This document shows, piece by piece, positions 9,743-20,834 of a stretch of DNA of 64,000 nt. The DNA is from Nitrospirales bacterium (lineage in GTDB: Bacteria > Nitrospirota > Nitrospiria > Nitrospirales > UBA8639), in NCBI GenBank assembly GCA_963422365.1, contig OY729426.1, positions 1,024,001 to 1,088,000 on the forward strand, written 5' to 3'. The notes beneath the pieces are model-generated. The model ran no database searches and was not told where the DNA came from. It saw nothing but the letters and a program-made list of their open reading frames with translations. Each line of letters starts with the position of its first letter. Position 1 is the first letter of the stretch. The position numbers and the translations under genes were made by a program.

Positions 9743-12700
9743 ATGTTTCTTTCTAGACGTCAATTTTTAAAAGTGACCACCGGGACGGTCGCGGCAGTGG
9801 CATTGGCGGACAAAGCCTTGGCATTGACTGCACTGCAACCGGTTGTCGAAGTTGGTAATCCGCTGGGCGAGTATCCAGATCGTGCCTGGGAGCGGGTGTA
9901 CCACGATCAGTATCGTTATGATTCATCGTTCACGTGGGTCTGCTCCCCGAACGACACTCACGCCTGTCGCGTGCGTTCCTTTGTGCGTAACGGGGTGGTG
10001 ATGCGGGTGGAGCAAAACTATGACCACCAAACCTACGAAGACCTCTACGGTAATCGCGGGACGTTTGCGCATAATCCGCGGATGTGTTTGAAGGGGTACA
10101 CGATGCATCGACGGGTGTATGGGCCCTATCGGTTGAAAGGCCCCTTGATGCGCCGTGGCTGGAAAGCCTGGATGGATGCGGGAAGCCCGGAATTCACTCC
10201 AGATGTCATGAACAAATACAAATTCACTTCGCGGTACCTGGACGACATGTTGCGGGTAAGCTGGGATACGGCATTTACGTACTTGGCCAAAGCCATGGTG
10301 ATTATTGCGGAACGGTACAGCGGCGAATCCGGCGCCCGTCGGCTGCGTGAGCAAGGCTATCCACCGGAAATGATCGAGATGACCAAGGGCTCGGGCGTGC
10401 GGACTATGAAGTTCCGTGCAGGTATGCCCATCTTGGGCGTGATTGGGAAAATGGCAATTACCCGGCTCAACGGTGGCTGTGGCGCGTTGCTCGACCACTA
10501 CATTCGGAAAGTGAAGCCCAACCAAGCCCAAGGCGGGCGGTATTGGTCGAACTACACTTGGCACGGTGACCAAAACCCAGCGCATCCGTTTTGGTCCGGG
10601 GTGCAAACCTCTGACATCGATATGAGCGACATGCGGTTCTCGAAGTTGAACACGAGCTGGGGTAAGAACTTTGTCGAGAATAAGATGCCGGAAGCGCACT
10701 GGAAGCTCGAGAGCATTGAACGTGGAGCGCGGGTGGTCGTGATCACGCCAGAGTACAATCCAACGGCGTATCGAGCCGACTACTGGATTCCGGTTCGACC
10801 AGAGACGGATGCGGCATTGTTTTTAGGTGCCTGCAAGATCATGTTCGACGAGAACATGCATGACCATGATTTCTGCGCAGCCTATACGGACATGCCGATT
10901 CTGGTTCGTACGGATACGCTGCAATATCTGGATCCGCGCGACGTGATTAAGGGCTATTCATTGCCGGACTTCTCGAAGACCTATTCGGGGAAAGTGCAAA
11001 CGCTCAATCCGGCGAAAATCGCGCGTCTTGGCGGTTTCATGGTGTGGGATATCAATAAGAACCAAGCCGTGCCGATTCACCGGGAGTTAGTGGGTTGGCA
11101 TTACAGGAACAGCGGCATTGAGTCAGCATTGACCGGTACCTACAGGGTGAAGTTGCTGAATGGCAGGGAAGTCGACGTGGCACCGATCTTCCAGTTGTAT
11201 CAAGTCCACTTGCAGGATTACGACTTGGATACGGTGCATCAGATCAACCGGTCCCCGAAGGACCTGATCGTCCGCTGGGCCAGAGATTCCGGTGCTATTA
11301 AACCGGCAACCATTCACAACGGGGAAGGAACGAACCACTACTTTCACCAAACCATCATTGCGCGCGGCGCAGCGATGGTGTTGATTATTTCTGGGAACGT
11401 CGGGAAGTTCGGGACCGGACAACATACCTGGGCAGGGAACTATAAAGCGGGGATCTGGAACGCCACCCCGTGGTCTGGCGGTGGTCTGGGAACGCACACG
11501 GCGGAAAATCCGTTTAAGATTACGACAGATCCGAATGCGCACGGTAAAGAAGTGCACGTGCGTGGGTACTACTATGGTGAAGAAGTGGCTTACTGGAACC
11601 ATGGGGATACGGCGTTGATCGTGAACACGCCGAAGTATGGGCGTCGGGTGTTTACCGGAAAGACGCACATGCCGACCCCAAGTAAGTTCCGGTGGGTGGC
11701 GAATGTGAACGTGGTCAATAACGCCAAACACCACTATGACATGGTCAAGAACGTGGACCCCCACATTGAATGTATTGTCACCCAAGATATTGAGATGACC
11801 TCGGACGTGAACCATGCGGACGTGGCCTTGGGTGTGAATACGTGGATGGAGTTCACGTATCCTGAGCATACGGCGACGGTGTCGAATCCGTGGTTCCAAG
11901 TGTGGAAAGGGGGCATTCGGCCCTTGTATGACACCAGGAACGACCTGGATACCACAGCCGGCGTGGCCGCCAAATTGACCGATATGACGGGCGATGGGCG
12001 GTTCCGTGATTACTTCAAGTTCGTCTACGACAACCGGGTGGACGTATATGTTCAACGGTTGTTGGATGCGAGCTGTACGGCGTATGGGTACAGCGCAGAT
12101 ACCATGCTCAAGTCCGAGAAGGGCTGGATGGTGCTGTGCCGCACCTATCCACGGCAGCCGTTCTGGGAAGAGACGAATGAGAGTAAGCCTCAGTGGACCC
12201 GGACTGGTCGGTATGAGAACTACCGGACGGAACCGGAAGCGATTGAATATGGGGAAAACTTCATCTCGCACAGAGAAGGAACGGAAGCAACGCCGTACTT
12301 GCCGAATGCGATTATGACGACGAACCCCTATGTGCGGCCGGATGACTATGGTATTCCCATCACGGCTCAGCACCATGATGACAAGACGGTACGTAACATT
12401 GCGTTGCCGTGGCAGGAAATCAAGCGGTACTCCAACCCACTGTGGGAGAAGGGGTATCAATTCTACTGCGTGACGCCGAAGACGCGGCATCGTGTACACA
12501 GTCAATGGTCAGTGAACGACTGGGTGCAGATGTATGAGTCGAACTTCGGAGACGCGTATCGGATGGATAAACGAACACCGGGTGTGGGTGAGCATCAATT
12601 GCATATGAACCCGCAAGCGGCAAAAGACCGGGGGATCAACGATGGTGACTATGTATACGTTGACGGTAACCCGGTTGATCGGCCATACCGAGGATGGAAG

Positions 12701-13180
12701 CCGAGCGATCCGTACTACAAAGTGGCTCGGTTGATGATTCGGTCGAAGTACAACCCGGCGTTTCCGTACCATGTAACCATGGCGAAGCATGCGCCGTATG
12801 TGGCAACTGCGAAATCCGTGAAGGGGCATGAAACCCGACCGGATGGACGGGCAATTGCGATGGATACGGGTTATCAATCAAACTTCCGGTATGGAGCGCA
12901 GCAGTCCTTTACCCGTGACTGGTTGATGCCGATGCACCAAACCGACTCACTGCCAGGGAAACATGCTGTGGGCTGGAAGTTTAAATTCGGGTATCAAGTG
13001 GACAACCACGCGGTCAACACAACTCCAAAAGAGTGTCTGATGCGGATTACCAAAGCAGAGGACGGTGGTATTGGCGGAAGGGGTCCATGGGAGCCGGTCC
13101 GGACCGGGTTTACGCCTGGGCAGGAAAATGAGTTTATGATCAAGTGGCTCAAAGGCGACCACATTAAGATCAAGGTGTAA
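9743..13180 (+). CDS. nxrA: Nitrite oxidoreductase alpha subunit (periplasmic Nitrospira type)
   Basis: Tat motif SRRQFLK, Fe-S motif CSPNDTHAC...C, YTWHGD Mo-ligand region, ends KGDHIKIKV; GAGGAGG RBS before ATG 9743. Confidence 0.98.
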   Translation: MFLSRRQFLKVTTGTVAAVALADKALALTALQPVVEVGNPLGEYPDRAWERVYHDQYRYDSSFTWVCSPNDTHACRVRSFVRNGVVMRVEQNYDHQTYEDLYGNRGTFAHNPRMCLKGYTMHRRVYGPYRLKGPLMRRGWKAWMDAGSPEFTPDVMNKYKFTSRYLDDMLRVSWDTAFTYLAKAMVIIAERYSGESGARRLREQGYPPEMIEMTKGSGVRTMKFRAGMPILGVIGKMAITRLNGGCGALLDHYIRKVKPNQAQGGRYWSNYTWHGDQNPAHPFWSGVQTSDIDMSDMRFSKLNTSWGKNFVENKMPEAHWKLESIERGARVVVITPEYNPTAYRADYWIPVRPETDAALFLGACKIMFDENMHDHDFCAAYTDMPILVRTDTLQYLDPRDVIKGYSLPDFSKTYSGKVQTLNPAKIARLGGFMVWDINKNQAVPIHRELVGWHYRNSGIESALTGTYRVKLLNGREVDVAPIFQLYQVHLQDYDLDTVHQINRSPKDLIVRWARDSGAIKPATIHNGEGTNHYFHQTIIARGAAMVLIISGNVGKFGTGQHTWAGNYKAGIWNATPWSGGGLGTHTAENPFKITTDPNAHGKEVHVRGYYYGEEVAYWNHGDTALIVNTPKYGRRVFTGKTHMPTPSKFRWVANVNVVNNAKHHYDMVKNVDPHIECIVTQDIEMTSDVNHADVALGVNTWMEFTYPEHTATVSNPWFQVWKGGIRPLYDTRNDLDTTAGVAAKLTDMTGDGRFRDYFKFVYDNRVDVYVQRLLDASCTAYGYSADTMLKSEKGWMVLCRTYPRQPFWEETNESKPQWTRTGRYENYRTEPEAIEYGENFISHREGTEATPYLPNAIMTTNPYVRPDDYGIPITAQHHDDKTVRNIALPWQEIKRYSNPLWEKGYQFYCVTPKTRHRVHSQWSVNDWVQMYESNFGDAYRMDKRTPGVGEHQLHMNPQAAKDRGINDGDYVYVDGNPVDRPYRGWKPSDPYYKVARLMIRSKYNPAFPYHVTMAKHAPYVATAKSVKGHETRPDGRAIAMDTGYQSNFRYGAQQSFTRDWLMPMHQTDSLPGKHAVGWKFKFGYQVDNHAVNTTPKECLMRITKAEDGGIGGRGPWEPVRTGFTPGQENEFMIKWLKGDHIKIKV

Positions 13181-13286
13181 CCAGAGATGAAGGGGTGTCG
13201 TTGTTGGGCCCCCACAAGCAACCAAGATCAAATGTGGAATTTTAGAGAGATTGGACTAACTTTGGTTCAAAGAAACGGAGGAACTT

Positions 13287-14576
13287 ATGCCAGAAGTATA
13301 TAATTGGCAATTAGGACGGAAGATGCTGTATCCGTATGAAGAACGGCATCCGAAGTGGCAATTCGCCTTTGTGTTTAACATCAATCGCTGCTTGGCCTGC
13401 CAGACCTGTTCCATGGCTGATAAATCCACATGGCTGTTCTCGAAAGGCCAAGAGTACATGTGGTGGAACAATGTGGAAACGAAACCGTATGGTGGCTATC
13501 CACAGTTCTACGATGTGAAAATCACGCAGTTGATTGAACAAGTCAACCCAGGCGGACAGGTGTGGAACGTGCGGGTCGGTCGCAAACACCATGCGCCGTA
13601 TGGGGTGTTCGAAGGTATGACGATTTTCGATGCCGGGGCGAAAGTGGGCCAGGCAGCGATCGGGTACATACCGACTGACCAAGAATGGCGTTTTGTCAAT
13701 ATTTATGAAGACACGGCCACGTCAATGCGAGCTATTGTGGAAGGCATTGATAAGACCGGTTTTACCAAAGAAGAACCATGGCGCATGACCGGCAGCAGCT
13801 TGCCGGAACATGAAACCTACTTCTTCTACCTGCAACGCATTTGTAACCATTGCACGTATCCAGGTTGTTTGGCCGCCTGTCCGCGGAAAGCCATCTATAA
13901 GAGGCCTGAGGATGGGATTGTGCTGATCGACCAAAATCGGTGTCGTGGGTACAAGAAGTGTGTAGAGCAATGTCCATACAAGAAGCCGATGTATCGGGGC
14001 ACGACTCGGGTAACCGAGAAATGCATTGCATGCTATCCGCGGGTGGAGGGGAAAGATCCTCTCACTGGTGGAGAGCCAATGGAAACCCGGTGTATGGCGG
14101 CCTGCGTGGGTAAGATTCGTTTACAGAACCTCGTCAAGGTTGGTGAGGATGGACTGTGGGCGGAAGATCGCTGGAACCCCCTGTATTACACCATTCGGGT
14201 GGAACAGGTGGCTTTACCGTTGTACCCTCAATGGGGCACGGAGCCGAATGGGTTTTACATTCCCCCACGGCAAGCTCCTCGTGGCTACATCCGGCAGATG
14301 TTTGGGCCTGGCGTGGACAATGCGATCGAGAAGTACTTGGTGCCGAGCCGGGAATTGTTAGCCGTACTCCAGCTGTGGAGAGCGAGCCAGCAAATTATCT
14401 TCCGGTATGATGTGATTCCTGGGCCGAAAGTGTTTGAGACCCAAATACACGGGCGGAAGTTCGAGATGTACAACGACACCGTGTTAGGGTTCAACAAGTC
14501 TGGGAAGGAAGCGGTGCGGCAGCAAGTGGAAGAGCCGATTTACATTCGGCCAGCCGAACGCGCTACTTGGCTGTAA
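13287..14576 (+). CDS. nxrB: Nitrite oxidoreductase beta subunit
   Basis: MPEVYNWQLGR start, Cys clusters CLACQTCSMAD, CNHCTYPGCLAACP, CRGYKKCVEQCP, CIACYP. Confidence 0.98.
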   Translation: MPEVYNWQLGRKMLYPYEERHPKWQFAFVFNINRCLACQTCSMADKSTWLFSKGQEYMWWNNVETKPYGGYPQFYDVKITQLIEQVNPGGQVWNVRVGRKHHAPYGVFEGMTIFDAGAKVGQAAIGYIPTDQEWRFVNIYEDTATSMRAIVEGIDKTGFTKEEPWRMTGSSLPEHETYFFYLQRICNHCTYPGCLAACPRKAIYKRPEDGIVLIDQNRCRGYKKCVEQCPYKKPMYRGTTRVTEKCIACYPRVEGKDPLTGGEPMETRCMAACVGKIRLQNLVKVGEDGLWAEDRWNPLYYTIRVEQVALPLYPQWGTEPNGFYIPPRQAPRGYIRQMFGPGVDNAIEKYLVPSRELLAVLQLWRASQQIIFRYDVIPGPKVFETQIHGRKFEMYNDTVLGFNKSGKEAVRQQVEEPIYIRPAERATWL

Positions 14577-14593
14577 GAGCCGGTAGGGTTTTT

Positions 14594-14629
14594 AAAAAGC
14601 CGGAGGTCTTCGGACCTCCGGCTTTTTTT
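14594..14629 (+). terminator. Rho-independent terminator of nxrAB (potentially bidirectional)
   Basis: AAAAAGCCGGAGGTC-TTCG-GACCTCCGGCTTTTTTT. Confidence 0.92.
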
Positions 14630-14916
14630 GTTTGAAAACGGCACAGTTCCTGAGAACATGGCGGCTTCTCGATAGAAGAATTCCTAAATTTTTTCTGATC
14701 ATCTCGCCATCACGGAGACCAAATAATTTTTGGCTGTCCTCGATAATGAGCCCGTTTGTATTGTGCCTCGGGTAGAGAGGAAAACTCCCAAAAAATGATT
14801 AGATTCCTTCTCTCGATGGTGTATCCTAGACCGATGGTTTTTCTTTTCCCTCAACAGTTCAACAAAGACTCTCTCCTGAGATATGCGAAAAATCGAATAG
14901 ATCGCACAACAACACA

Positions 14917-15399
14917 ATGAGTCTCTCTCCTCCTGATCCTGTCGCTTTTTCAGCTCAGGCTATTCCCTTTTGGGAACTCTTAGAAACCGGCAAGGTTTCC
15001 GATGAGGATCTCAGGACGGAGTCTGTGGCTCAACAATTTGTTGAACGGTTGGGGCATGATGTGTTAAGCCTCCCTTCTCAATTAGTTTCTATCCCCCAGC
15101 TTTCCACGATTCTTGAGCAAATTGATACCAGCCAGAAAATTTTCTTTTTGAAACGCTTACAGGCACCAAGTCCCAGCAGCTTAAAGGAGTTTGCTCCACT
15201 GTATTACGAAGTCATGGCAGCATTTCATCCGTTATTGTTTGCCGGACCCTTTTCTCAAGACATGGTGAATAGGCATCGAGAAGACGGTTCCTGGAGACGC
15301 CCGATGGAGAGAGGGTCAATGAGAACGAAAGGGAACCGACAATGTGCAACGATTCCTAGGGAGCAGAGGACCACGGAAGAAAAATGCCGAGATAAGTAG
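14917..15399 (+). CDS. Hypothetical protein
   Basis: 160-aa ORF; no motif recognised. Confidence 0.5.
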   Translation: MSLSPPDPVAFSAQAIPFWELLETGKVSDEDLRTESVAQQFVERLGHDVLSLPSQLVSIPQLSTILEQIDTSQKIFFLKRLQAPSPSSLKEFAPLYYEVMAAFHPLLFAGPFSQDMVNRHREDGSWRRPMERGSMRTKGNRQCATIPREQRTTEEKCRDK

Positions 15400-15453
15400 T
15401 CGATGAGCCAACGAAGTCTGTATAATAGCCTCAGCCTTTTTTTAGGAGGAACA

Positions 15454-15822
15454 ATGAATTCAACTTTACATCGAGCGGTTTCAAGTTTTTACAATCTGAT
15501 TTATGAAGCACAGGCGTTTTCCACAACCATGGCTCGAATCGATTCGGCTGAACATGATCGGTATTTGGGGCGAGTAGAAGGGCTTAATTGGGTGCTTGAT
15601 CGATGCCAAGAGTTTGAAGATGTGGATCAGAATCTCACCACACCCTCGCTTCACAAATTGTTAGGCGATGTCAAATCGGATCTTGATCATGAATTGTCCG
15701 TCCAACGACGAGAAAAGGGCAGAAGGGCCGATGGAAGAGAAGAAGCGCTTATCTTCGTGACCGATTACCTCACGAGTTTGATGACGGCAACAGAAATCGA
15801 GTCGGCTAAAAGCCCTGTGTAG
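15454..15822 (+). CDS. Hypothetical helical protein
   Basis: AGGAGG RBS before MNSTLH. Confidence 0.7.
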   Translation: MNSTLHRAVSSFYNLIYEAQAFSTTMARIDSAEHDRYLGRVEGLNWVLDRCQEFEDVDQNLTTPSLHKLLGDVKSDLDHELSVQRREKGRRADGREEALIFVTDYLTSLMTATEIESAKSPV

Positions 15823-15930
15823 CATGTCCCATTGGGCTGTCGCTTCTGGGAACGCAATGTCCCGCAATGACTGAGACTGAGAGGTGCGACTTTTTCGATG
15901 TTGATCGCTGATGCATTCAAGTCTCGCTGT

Positions 15931-16152
15931 ATGAGAGAGTGGATTATTTTTGGCATCTGCCTTGGCCTGGGCGGGCATATCGCGTTGGGCCTCTTGCTGC
16001 ATGCTCCGGAACAATGGCCAGCCAATACCCTTTGGCTGTATGGCTTATTATTCACGCTCGCCGTCTATGTGTGCGTGCAGCTGCTTCGCTTGGTATGGTG
16101 GTTTTACCGGGGTGAGCGGCAGGAAGAGTCTGATTCGCAGGAAGAGGCCTAA
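15931..16152 (+). CDS. Small two-TM membrane protein
   Basis: MREWIIFG...; two hydrophobic segments. Confidence 0.55.
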   Translation: MREWIIFGICLGLGGHIALGLLLHAPEQWPANTLWLYGLLFTLAVYVCVQLLRLVWWFYRGERQEESDSQEEA

Positions 16153-16207
16153 CGCGAGAGAGCCTTGTTGCTTGGGGAATGGCGGAGAGTCGGTCGTTGC
16201 CTCTAGC

Positions 16208-16498
16208 TTACAAGATCCCGTCGATGAGGATCCCTTCCTCAATAAGCATGATAGGAATCGTCTCCCTGATCGGATAGGTCACCTTTTTGTCGCTTCGGAG
16301 TAGCCCCCCATCAAGCGGCTCTTTCACCATGTTTCCCCCCTTATTGTGCAATTCCCCATCCGCAATTTTTCGATTCAGGATTTCGAGAGAAGCGGCATCC
16401 AAGAGCGTCATCGCTTGTTTGGTTTCCGGACAACATAAAATTTCTAAAAGCGTGGGATCGATAGGGCTTGCTGGGGATGAACTGCCGTTAGGACTCAT
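16208..16498 (-). CDS. Trm112 family protein
   Basis: IDPTLLEILCCPETK...YPIRETIPIML. Confidence 0.9.
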   Translation of the reverse strand: MSPNGSSSPASPIDPTLLEILCCPETKQAMTLLDAASLEILNRKIADGELHNKGGNMVKEPLDGGLLRSDKKVTYPIRETIPIMLIEEGILIDGIL

Positions 16499-16657
16499 GA
16501 TTTCTAGACCTGTCTCCCACGTTTTTTATCGAAGATTCCTTTACCGCGTGTAGTTGTGTTCCTCTTCCGTCTTTCATACACTAATACACTAGTCAATCTT
16601 TCGATTGATTGCAAGGCTGCTCAAGGGGCGGGCGTGTTCTCTGGTGAGACATGACGA

Positions 16658-17299
16658 ATGGGTAAGCACAGTCGAGTTCATCAACTCAGACGATATTTCC
16701 TTACGGGATTATTTGTCGTCATCCCGGCGTGGGGAACCTTCCAGGTTTTGTTGACCTTGTTTGTGACGTTGGATGGGCTGTGGGGAAATCTGCTGGGCCC
16801 TATGATGACACTTGAAATTCCAGGAGCAGGCATTGCGCTCTTACTTCTGGTCATTGTAGGGGCTGGGATGCTGGGGACTCACCTTGTCGGGCAACGATTC
16901 GTGAGAAGGGTAGAGGAACCGTTTGAGCGGATACCATTGGTCAAAAGTATTTATCACACACTCAAGGGGATGACCGATCTGTTTCAATTCCGGGAACGAT
17001 TTGGCAAAAGTACGGTGGTCGTGTTTCCGTTTCCTCGCACCGGCCTCTGGGCGATTGGATTTCTGATGGGAGACGCACAGGGGATGCTCCAAATTTCCAA
17101 AGACGATTCACTCACCATGGTGTTTGTTCCTACGGCCATTCATCCCTTTACCGGGTATTTGGCTTTCGTGGGAAAATCGAAGGTCCACCGCGTCAATCTG
17201 CGCCCTGAAGAGGCCATGAAATTAGAATTTTCCGCGGGGCTGTATCGACCGACCCAGGGGTGGTTGGCATCTGCACCTCTCATACGACCGGATTTCTAG
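16658..17299 (+). CDS. DUF502 membrane protein
   Basis: RRYFLTGL, ERIPLVKSIY, VFVPTAIHPFTGY. Confidence 0.9.
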   Translation: MGKHSRVHQLRRYFLTGLFVVIPAWGTFQVLLTLFVTLDGLWGNLLGPMMTLEIPGAGIALLLLVIVGAGMLGTHLVGQRFVRRVEEPFERIPLVKSIYHTLKGMTDLFQFRERFGKSTVVVFPFPRTGLWAIGFLMGDAQGMLQISKDDSLTMVFVPTAIHPFTGYLAFVGKSKVHRVNLRPEEAMKLEFSAGLYRPTQGWLASAPLIRPDF

Positions 17300-17356
17300 G
17301 CTTGTCCCCCTCAGGCCTTTAACGGGGATCTATCGGAAAATTTCTGTTATCCGACT

Positions 17357-17857
17357 ATGACACAGGAACCACATTCAGATTTCCATATTCGTTTGGCTAC
17401 GCTCGACGATCTTGAGTCGTTAGTCACCTGTAATCTGTCTCTCGCATGGGAAACGGAGGGGAGACAATTAGAGCGGGCACGCCTTCAGGCCGGCGTGAAT
17501 TCGATACTGGCCGACGCCACCAAGGGGTTTTACCTAGTGATGGAGCATCGGCCCGCTGGGCAGAGTATCGGACAGTTGTTGCTCACCTTTGAATGGAGCG
17601 ATTGGCGTAATGCGGTCTTTTGGTGGCTACAAAGCGTGTATGTCCAAAAGGAATGGAGACAACACGGCGTTTTTAAAAAGTTGTACGATTATGTATTACA
17701 GGAAGCGGAACGTCAAGGGAACGTGGCTGGCATTCGTTTATACGTGGAAGAAGAAAATGCTGTTGCCCAAGGGGTGTATGCGCATGTAGGGTTGTCTGTG
17801 GCACCGTATAAATTGTTTGAGAACGATTTTATTCTACCAACCAGACCAAGTGAATAA
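17357..17857 (+). CDS. GNAT family N-acetyltransferase
   Basis: TFEWSDWRN..WWLQSVYV..WRQHGVF, IRLYVE.EN..AQ.VY. Confidence 0.9.
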   Translation: MTQEPHSDFHIRLATLDDLESLVTCNLSLAWETEGRQLERARLQAGVNSILADATKGFYLVMEHRPAGQSIGQLLLTFEWSDWRNAVFWWLQSVYVQKEWRQHGVFKKLYDYVLQEAERQGNVAGIRLYVEEENAVAQGVYAHVGLSVAPYKLFENDFILPTRPSE

Positions 17858-17957
17858 CGCCGAACAACCGTAGGCATCCGCCGGAGATCATCCGGGCGTT
17901 TCTGGTAGACAAGCATGCGGACCCGTTGTTCGACTTTCGATCCGGTGAACGTGCCTC

Positions 17958-19139
17958 ATGCTATTCCATGTTGCCATAGCTCGTGATTCGAACGCAGCCC
18001 AAGTGGCTCAGGCTTTAATCACATCTATACGGGAGGTGTTTGGCCAGACGCCCCTTGATTTTTTGGCCTGTCTGTTTTTTCCACCACATTATGCGGACGC
18101 CTTACACGAATTGGTCGATGCCCTCTACCGGCAATTAGCCCCACGAGTGATGGTCGGCTGTATGGGCGAAGGGACCCTCTGAAGAATACGAAAACAAGTC
18201 GGTGGTGACCTTGTGGGTGGCCATTTGCCTGCGGTACAAATGGATCCTTTCCATTTGATGTTCCATGAAGAGAAAGAGCAATCCTTTATCCTGGAGGGGT
18301 GGCCGAAGGCATTGGACTCGCTGTCGGATCGGCCGACGTTTCTGGTGTTGGCGGAACCCTTTTCTACGCCCATCGAGGATGTGTTTCAGAAAATCGAAGA
18401 ATGTTGCCCCGGCGCCCCGCGATTGGGGGCCTTGCGAGTGGAGGGGCCGATCTTGGCGAAAATCGGTTAGGGCTCAACAACAAGATCGTGGAGGACGGCT
18501 TCATTGGCGTGGCTCTGTGGGGACCGTTGGTGATTCGAACCGTGGTGTCTCAAGGATGTCAGCCCATTGGGGATCGTTACGTGGTCACCAAAGCCGAAAG
18601 AAACATTATGCATGAGTTAGGCGGCATGCCGACCTTGGAACATCTCCAACAGACACTCCAACGCCTAGGAGCGGAACGGAGAAAAGAGGGGTCCTAGGGG
18701 TGCAAGTCGGGGTGGCATTTGATGAGCAATCTCGAACGGTTTGACCGAGGAGATTTTCTCATTCGGGGGCTGCTGGGGGCAGACCAACGATCCTGGGGCA
18801 TGGCGATTTCCGATATCGTCAAAGAAGGGCAGACGATTCAATTTCATGTGAGAGATCCGAAGGCCGCGAGTGCAGATCTCAATTTATTGCTGGCCTAGGA
18901 TCGCCTGGCCTACCCGCATTCTCCTCTCAAGGGTGCCTGTTGTTTAGTTGTAACGGTCGAGGTCGACGATTTTCGCCGAACCGAATCATGATATTACGGC
19001 CCTCCAACGACGGGCCAAAGGGATTCCGGTTGCGGGGGGGGGGGGCGCTGGAGAAATTTGGCCGGTGGGCGGGAAAAATTTTATCCATGGGTATACCGTG
19101 AGTGTGGCGTTATTTACCGAGCCGCCTTCAACAGAGTAA
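17958..19139 (+). pseudogene. FIST N/C domain signal transduction protein, pseudogene
   Basis: Fragments in several frames ([46 protein letters not shown]) with stops and frameshifts. Confidence 0.85.
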
Positions 19140-19171
19140 GTCCATCGGCGAAACGAAAGGAACGAAAGGCA

Positions 19172-19609
19172 ATGCTGTTCAAGACAATCAGAACATGGGG
19201 ATGGGTCGTTGTGGTGAGTGGGTTGTTCGCTCTCCAAGGGTTGGGAACGGTTCTCGGAGCAGAACCTGAACCCATCAAGACTTTTTCCGGGCTCCACTAC
19301 GTCGACTTGGTGACAGGCCACGGTCGGGCGGCTCACGTGGGGGAAACCGCGATCGTCCATTATACGGGGTGGCTGGAAGATGGAACGAAGTTCGATAGTT
19401 CGGTGGATCGTGGGGACCCGTTTTCGTTTCGATTGGATGCCGGTCGAGTTATTAAAGGCTGGGATGAAGGAGTCGTGGGGATGAAAATCGGAACGAAACG
19501 CAAGTTGATCATTCCGCCTCATCTTGGATACGGCAGTCGTGGTGAGGGCCGAATCATTCCTCCAAACGCGACGCTGATTTTTGAAGTGGAACTTTTGGAT
19601 CTCCGGTAA
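19172..19609 (+). CDS. FKBP-type peptidyl-prolyl isomerase
   Basis: [46 protein letters not shown]. Confidence 0.95.
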   Translation: MLFKTIRTWGWVVVVSGLFALQGLGTVLGAEPEPIKTFSGLHYVDLVTGHGRAAHVGETAIVHYTGWLEDGTKFDSSVDRGDPFSFRLDAGRVIKGWDEGVVGMKIGTKRKLIIPPHLGYGSRGEGRIIPPNATLIFEVELLDLR

Positions 19610-19678
19610 GGGGTCGTGCTTGTTGCCCGTTCACAGGATCGCGCACTCATCTGCCCAACTACCGTTTTTCTCTTTCCC

Positions 19679-20782
19679 ATGAAACAGACCTCCCTGTATG
19701 AGGCCCATGTGACCCAGAAGGCCAAAATCGTTGATTTTGCCGGCTGGGCCATGCCCATCCGGTATTCAGGCATCCTTGATGAATATCACACGGTCCGAAC
19801 CACGGCAGGGTTATGTGATGTGAGTCACATGGGGCGCCTTTATCTAGAAGGCCCAGGGGCCGTGCCGTTCCTTCAGCGCGTGACCACCAATGATGTGCAA
19901 CAAGTCGAGCCGATGAGTTCTCAATACTCGATGGTCTGCAACCCCGCTGGCGGCGTCAAAGACGATATTTTTCTGTATCGGTTGGGTGAAGAGCAGTTTC
20001 TTCTGTGTCTAAATGCGTCCAATCTCGACAAGATCAGAAGTTGGCTTTTCCAGCAACACGATGAAGAACAGGGAAATCTTCGCATCATTGATCGATCGGA
20101 AGATTTAGCCCAACTGGCCCTACAAGGGCCTGCCTCAAAGGCGCTCTTGCAGGAACACACGGGATCATCACTTGATGGGCTGAAGCCACGACACTGTCTT
20201 CGAGAGCCGTTCGGTGACGTCGATTGTCTGATTACGCGAACCGGCTATACCGGAGAGCTCGGGTATGAATTATATGTGTCGGCGACTCAGGTTCGCTACG
20301 TGTGGGATCGACTGATGCAGTCAGGGGAGAAGTTCGGCTTGAAGCCCACTGGGTTGGGCGCACGGGATTTGCTTCGGCTCGACATGGGGTACTTGTTATA
20401 CGGTAATGATCTGACCGAATCGATCACCCCGATCGAGGCGAATGCTGCCTGGACAGTGAGTTTCGAGAAGGGCTCCTTCATCGGCGAGACAGTCCTCAAA
20501 CAACAAGCCGACCAGGGCCCACCCCAACGCTTGGTGGCGTTCGAATTATTGGAAAAAGCCGTTCCCCGTCATGAGATGAAATTGTTTTCGCAAGACAAAC
20601 CGATAGGGACAGTCACCAGCGGGAACCTTTCTCCCATTCTGCAAAAAGGCATTGGCTTAGGGTATGTGGAGCCCGCCTATAGCAAAGCCGGTACGGCTTT
20701 CGATGTCGAGATTCGAGGCAAGCGAGTGCCCGCACAGGTGGTGGCCCTTCCCTTTTATAAAAAACTCAAGCGACCAACATGA
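19679..20782 (+). CDS. gcvT: Glycine cleavage system aminomethyltransferase T
   Basis: DFAGWAMP, DVSHMG, RTGYTGELGYE, GLGARD.LRL. Confidence 0.95.
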   Translation: MKQTSLYEAHVTQKAKIVDFAGWAMPIRYSGILDEYHTVRTTAGLCDVSHMGRLYLEGPGAVPFLQRVTTNDVQQVEPMSSQYSMVCNPAGGVKDDIFLYRLGEEQFLLCLNASNLDKIRSWLFQQHDEEQGNLRIIDRSEDLAQLALQGPASKALLQEHTGSSLDGLKPRHCLREPFGDVDCLITRTGYTGELGYELYVSATQVRYVWDRLMQSGEKFGLKPTGLGARDLLRLDMGYLLYGNDLTESITPIEANAAWTVSFEKGSFIGETVLKQQADQGPPQRLVAFELLEKAVPRHEMKLFSQDKPIGTVTSGNLSPILQKGIGLGYVEPAYSKAGTAFDVEIRGKRVPAQVVALPFYKKLKRPT

Positions 20783-20834
20783 GAAATGCGTGCTCACATA
20801 ACCCCGTTCGTTCCATGAATGTCTGTCATGGTGC

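Noticed and set aside
9923..12877. Long antisense ORFs (258, 460 and 122 aa) opposite nxrA
   Set aside because: Shadow frames of a strongly codon-biased gene; no recognisable motifs.
14638..14656. Possible sigma-54 promoter after the nxr terminator (GGCACAGTTCCTGA)
   Set aside because: The -12 element is GA, not GC.
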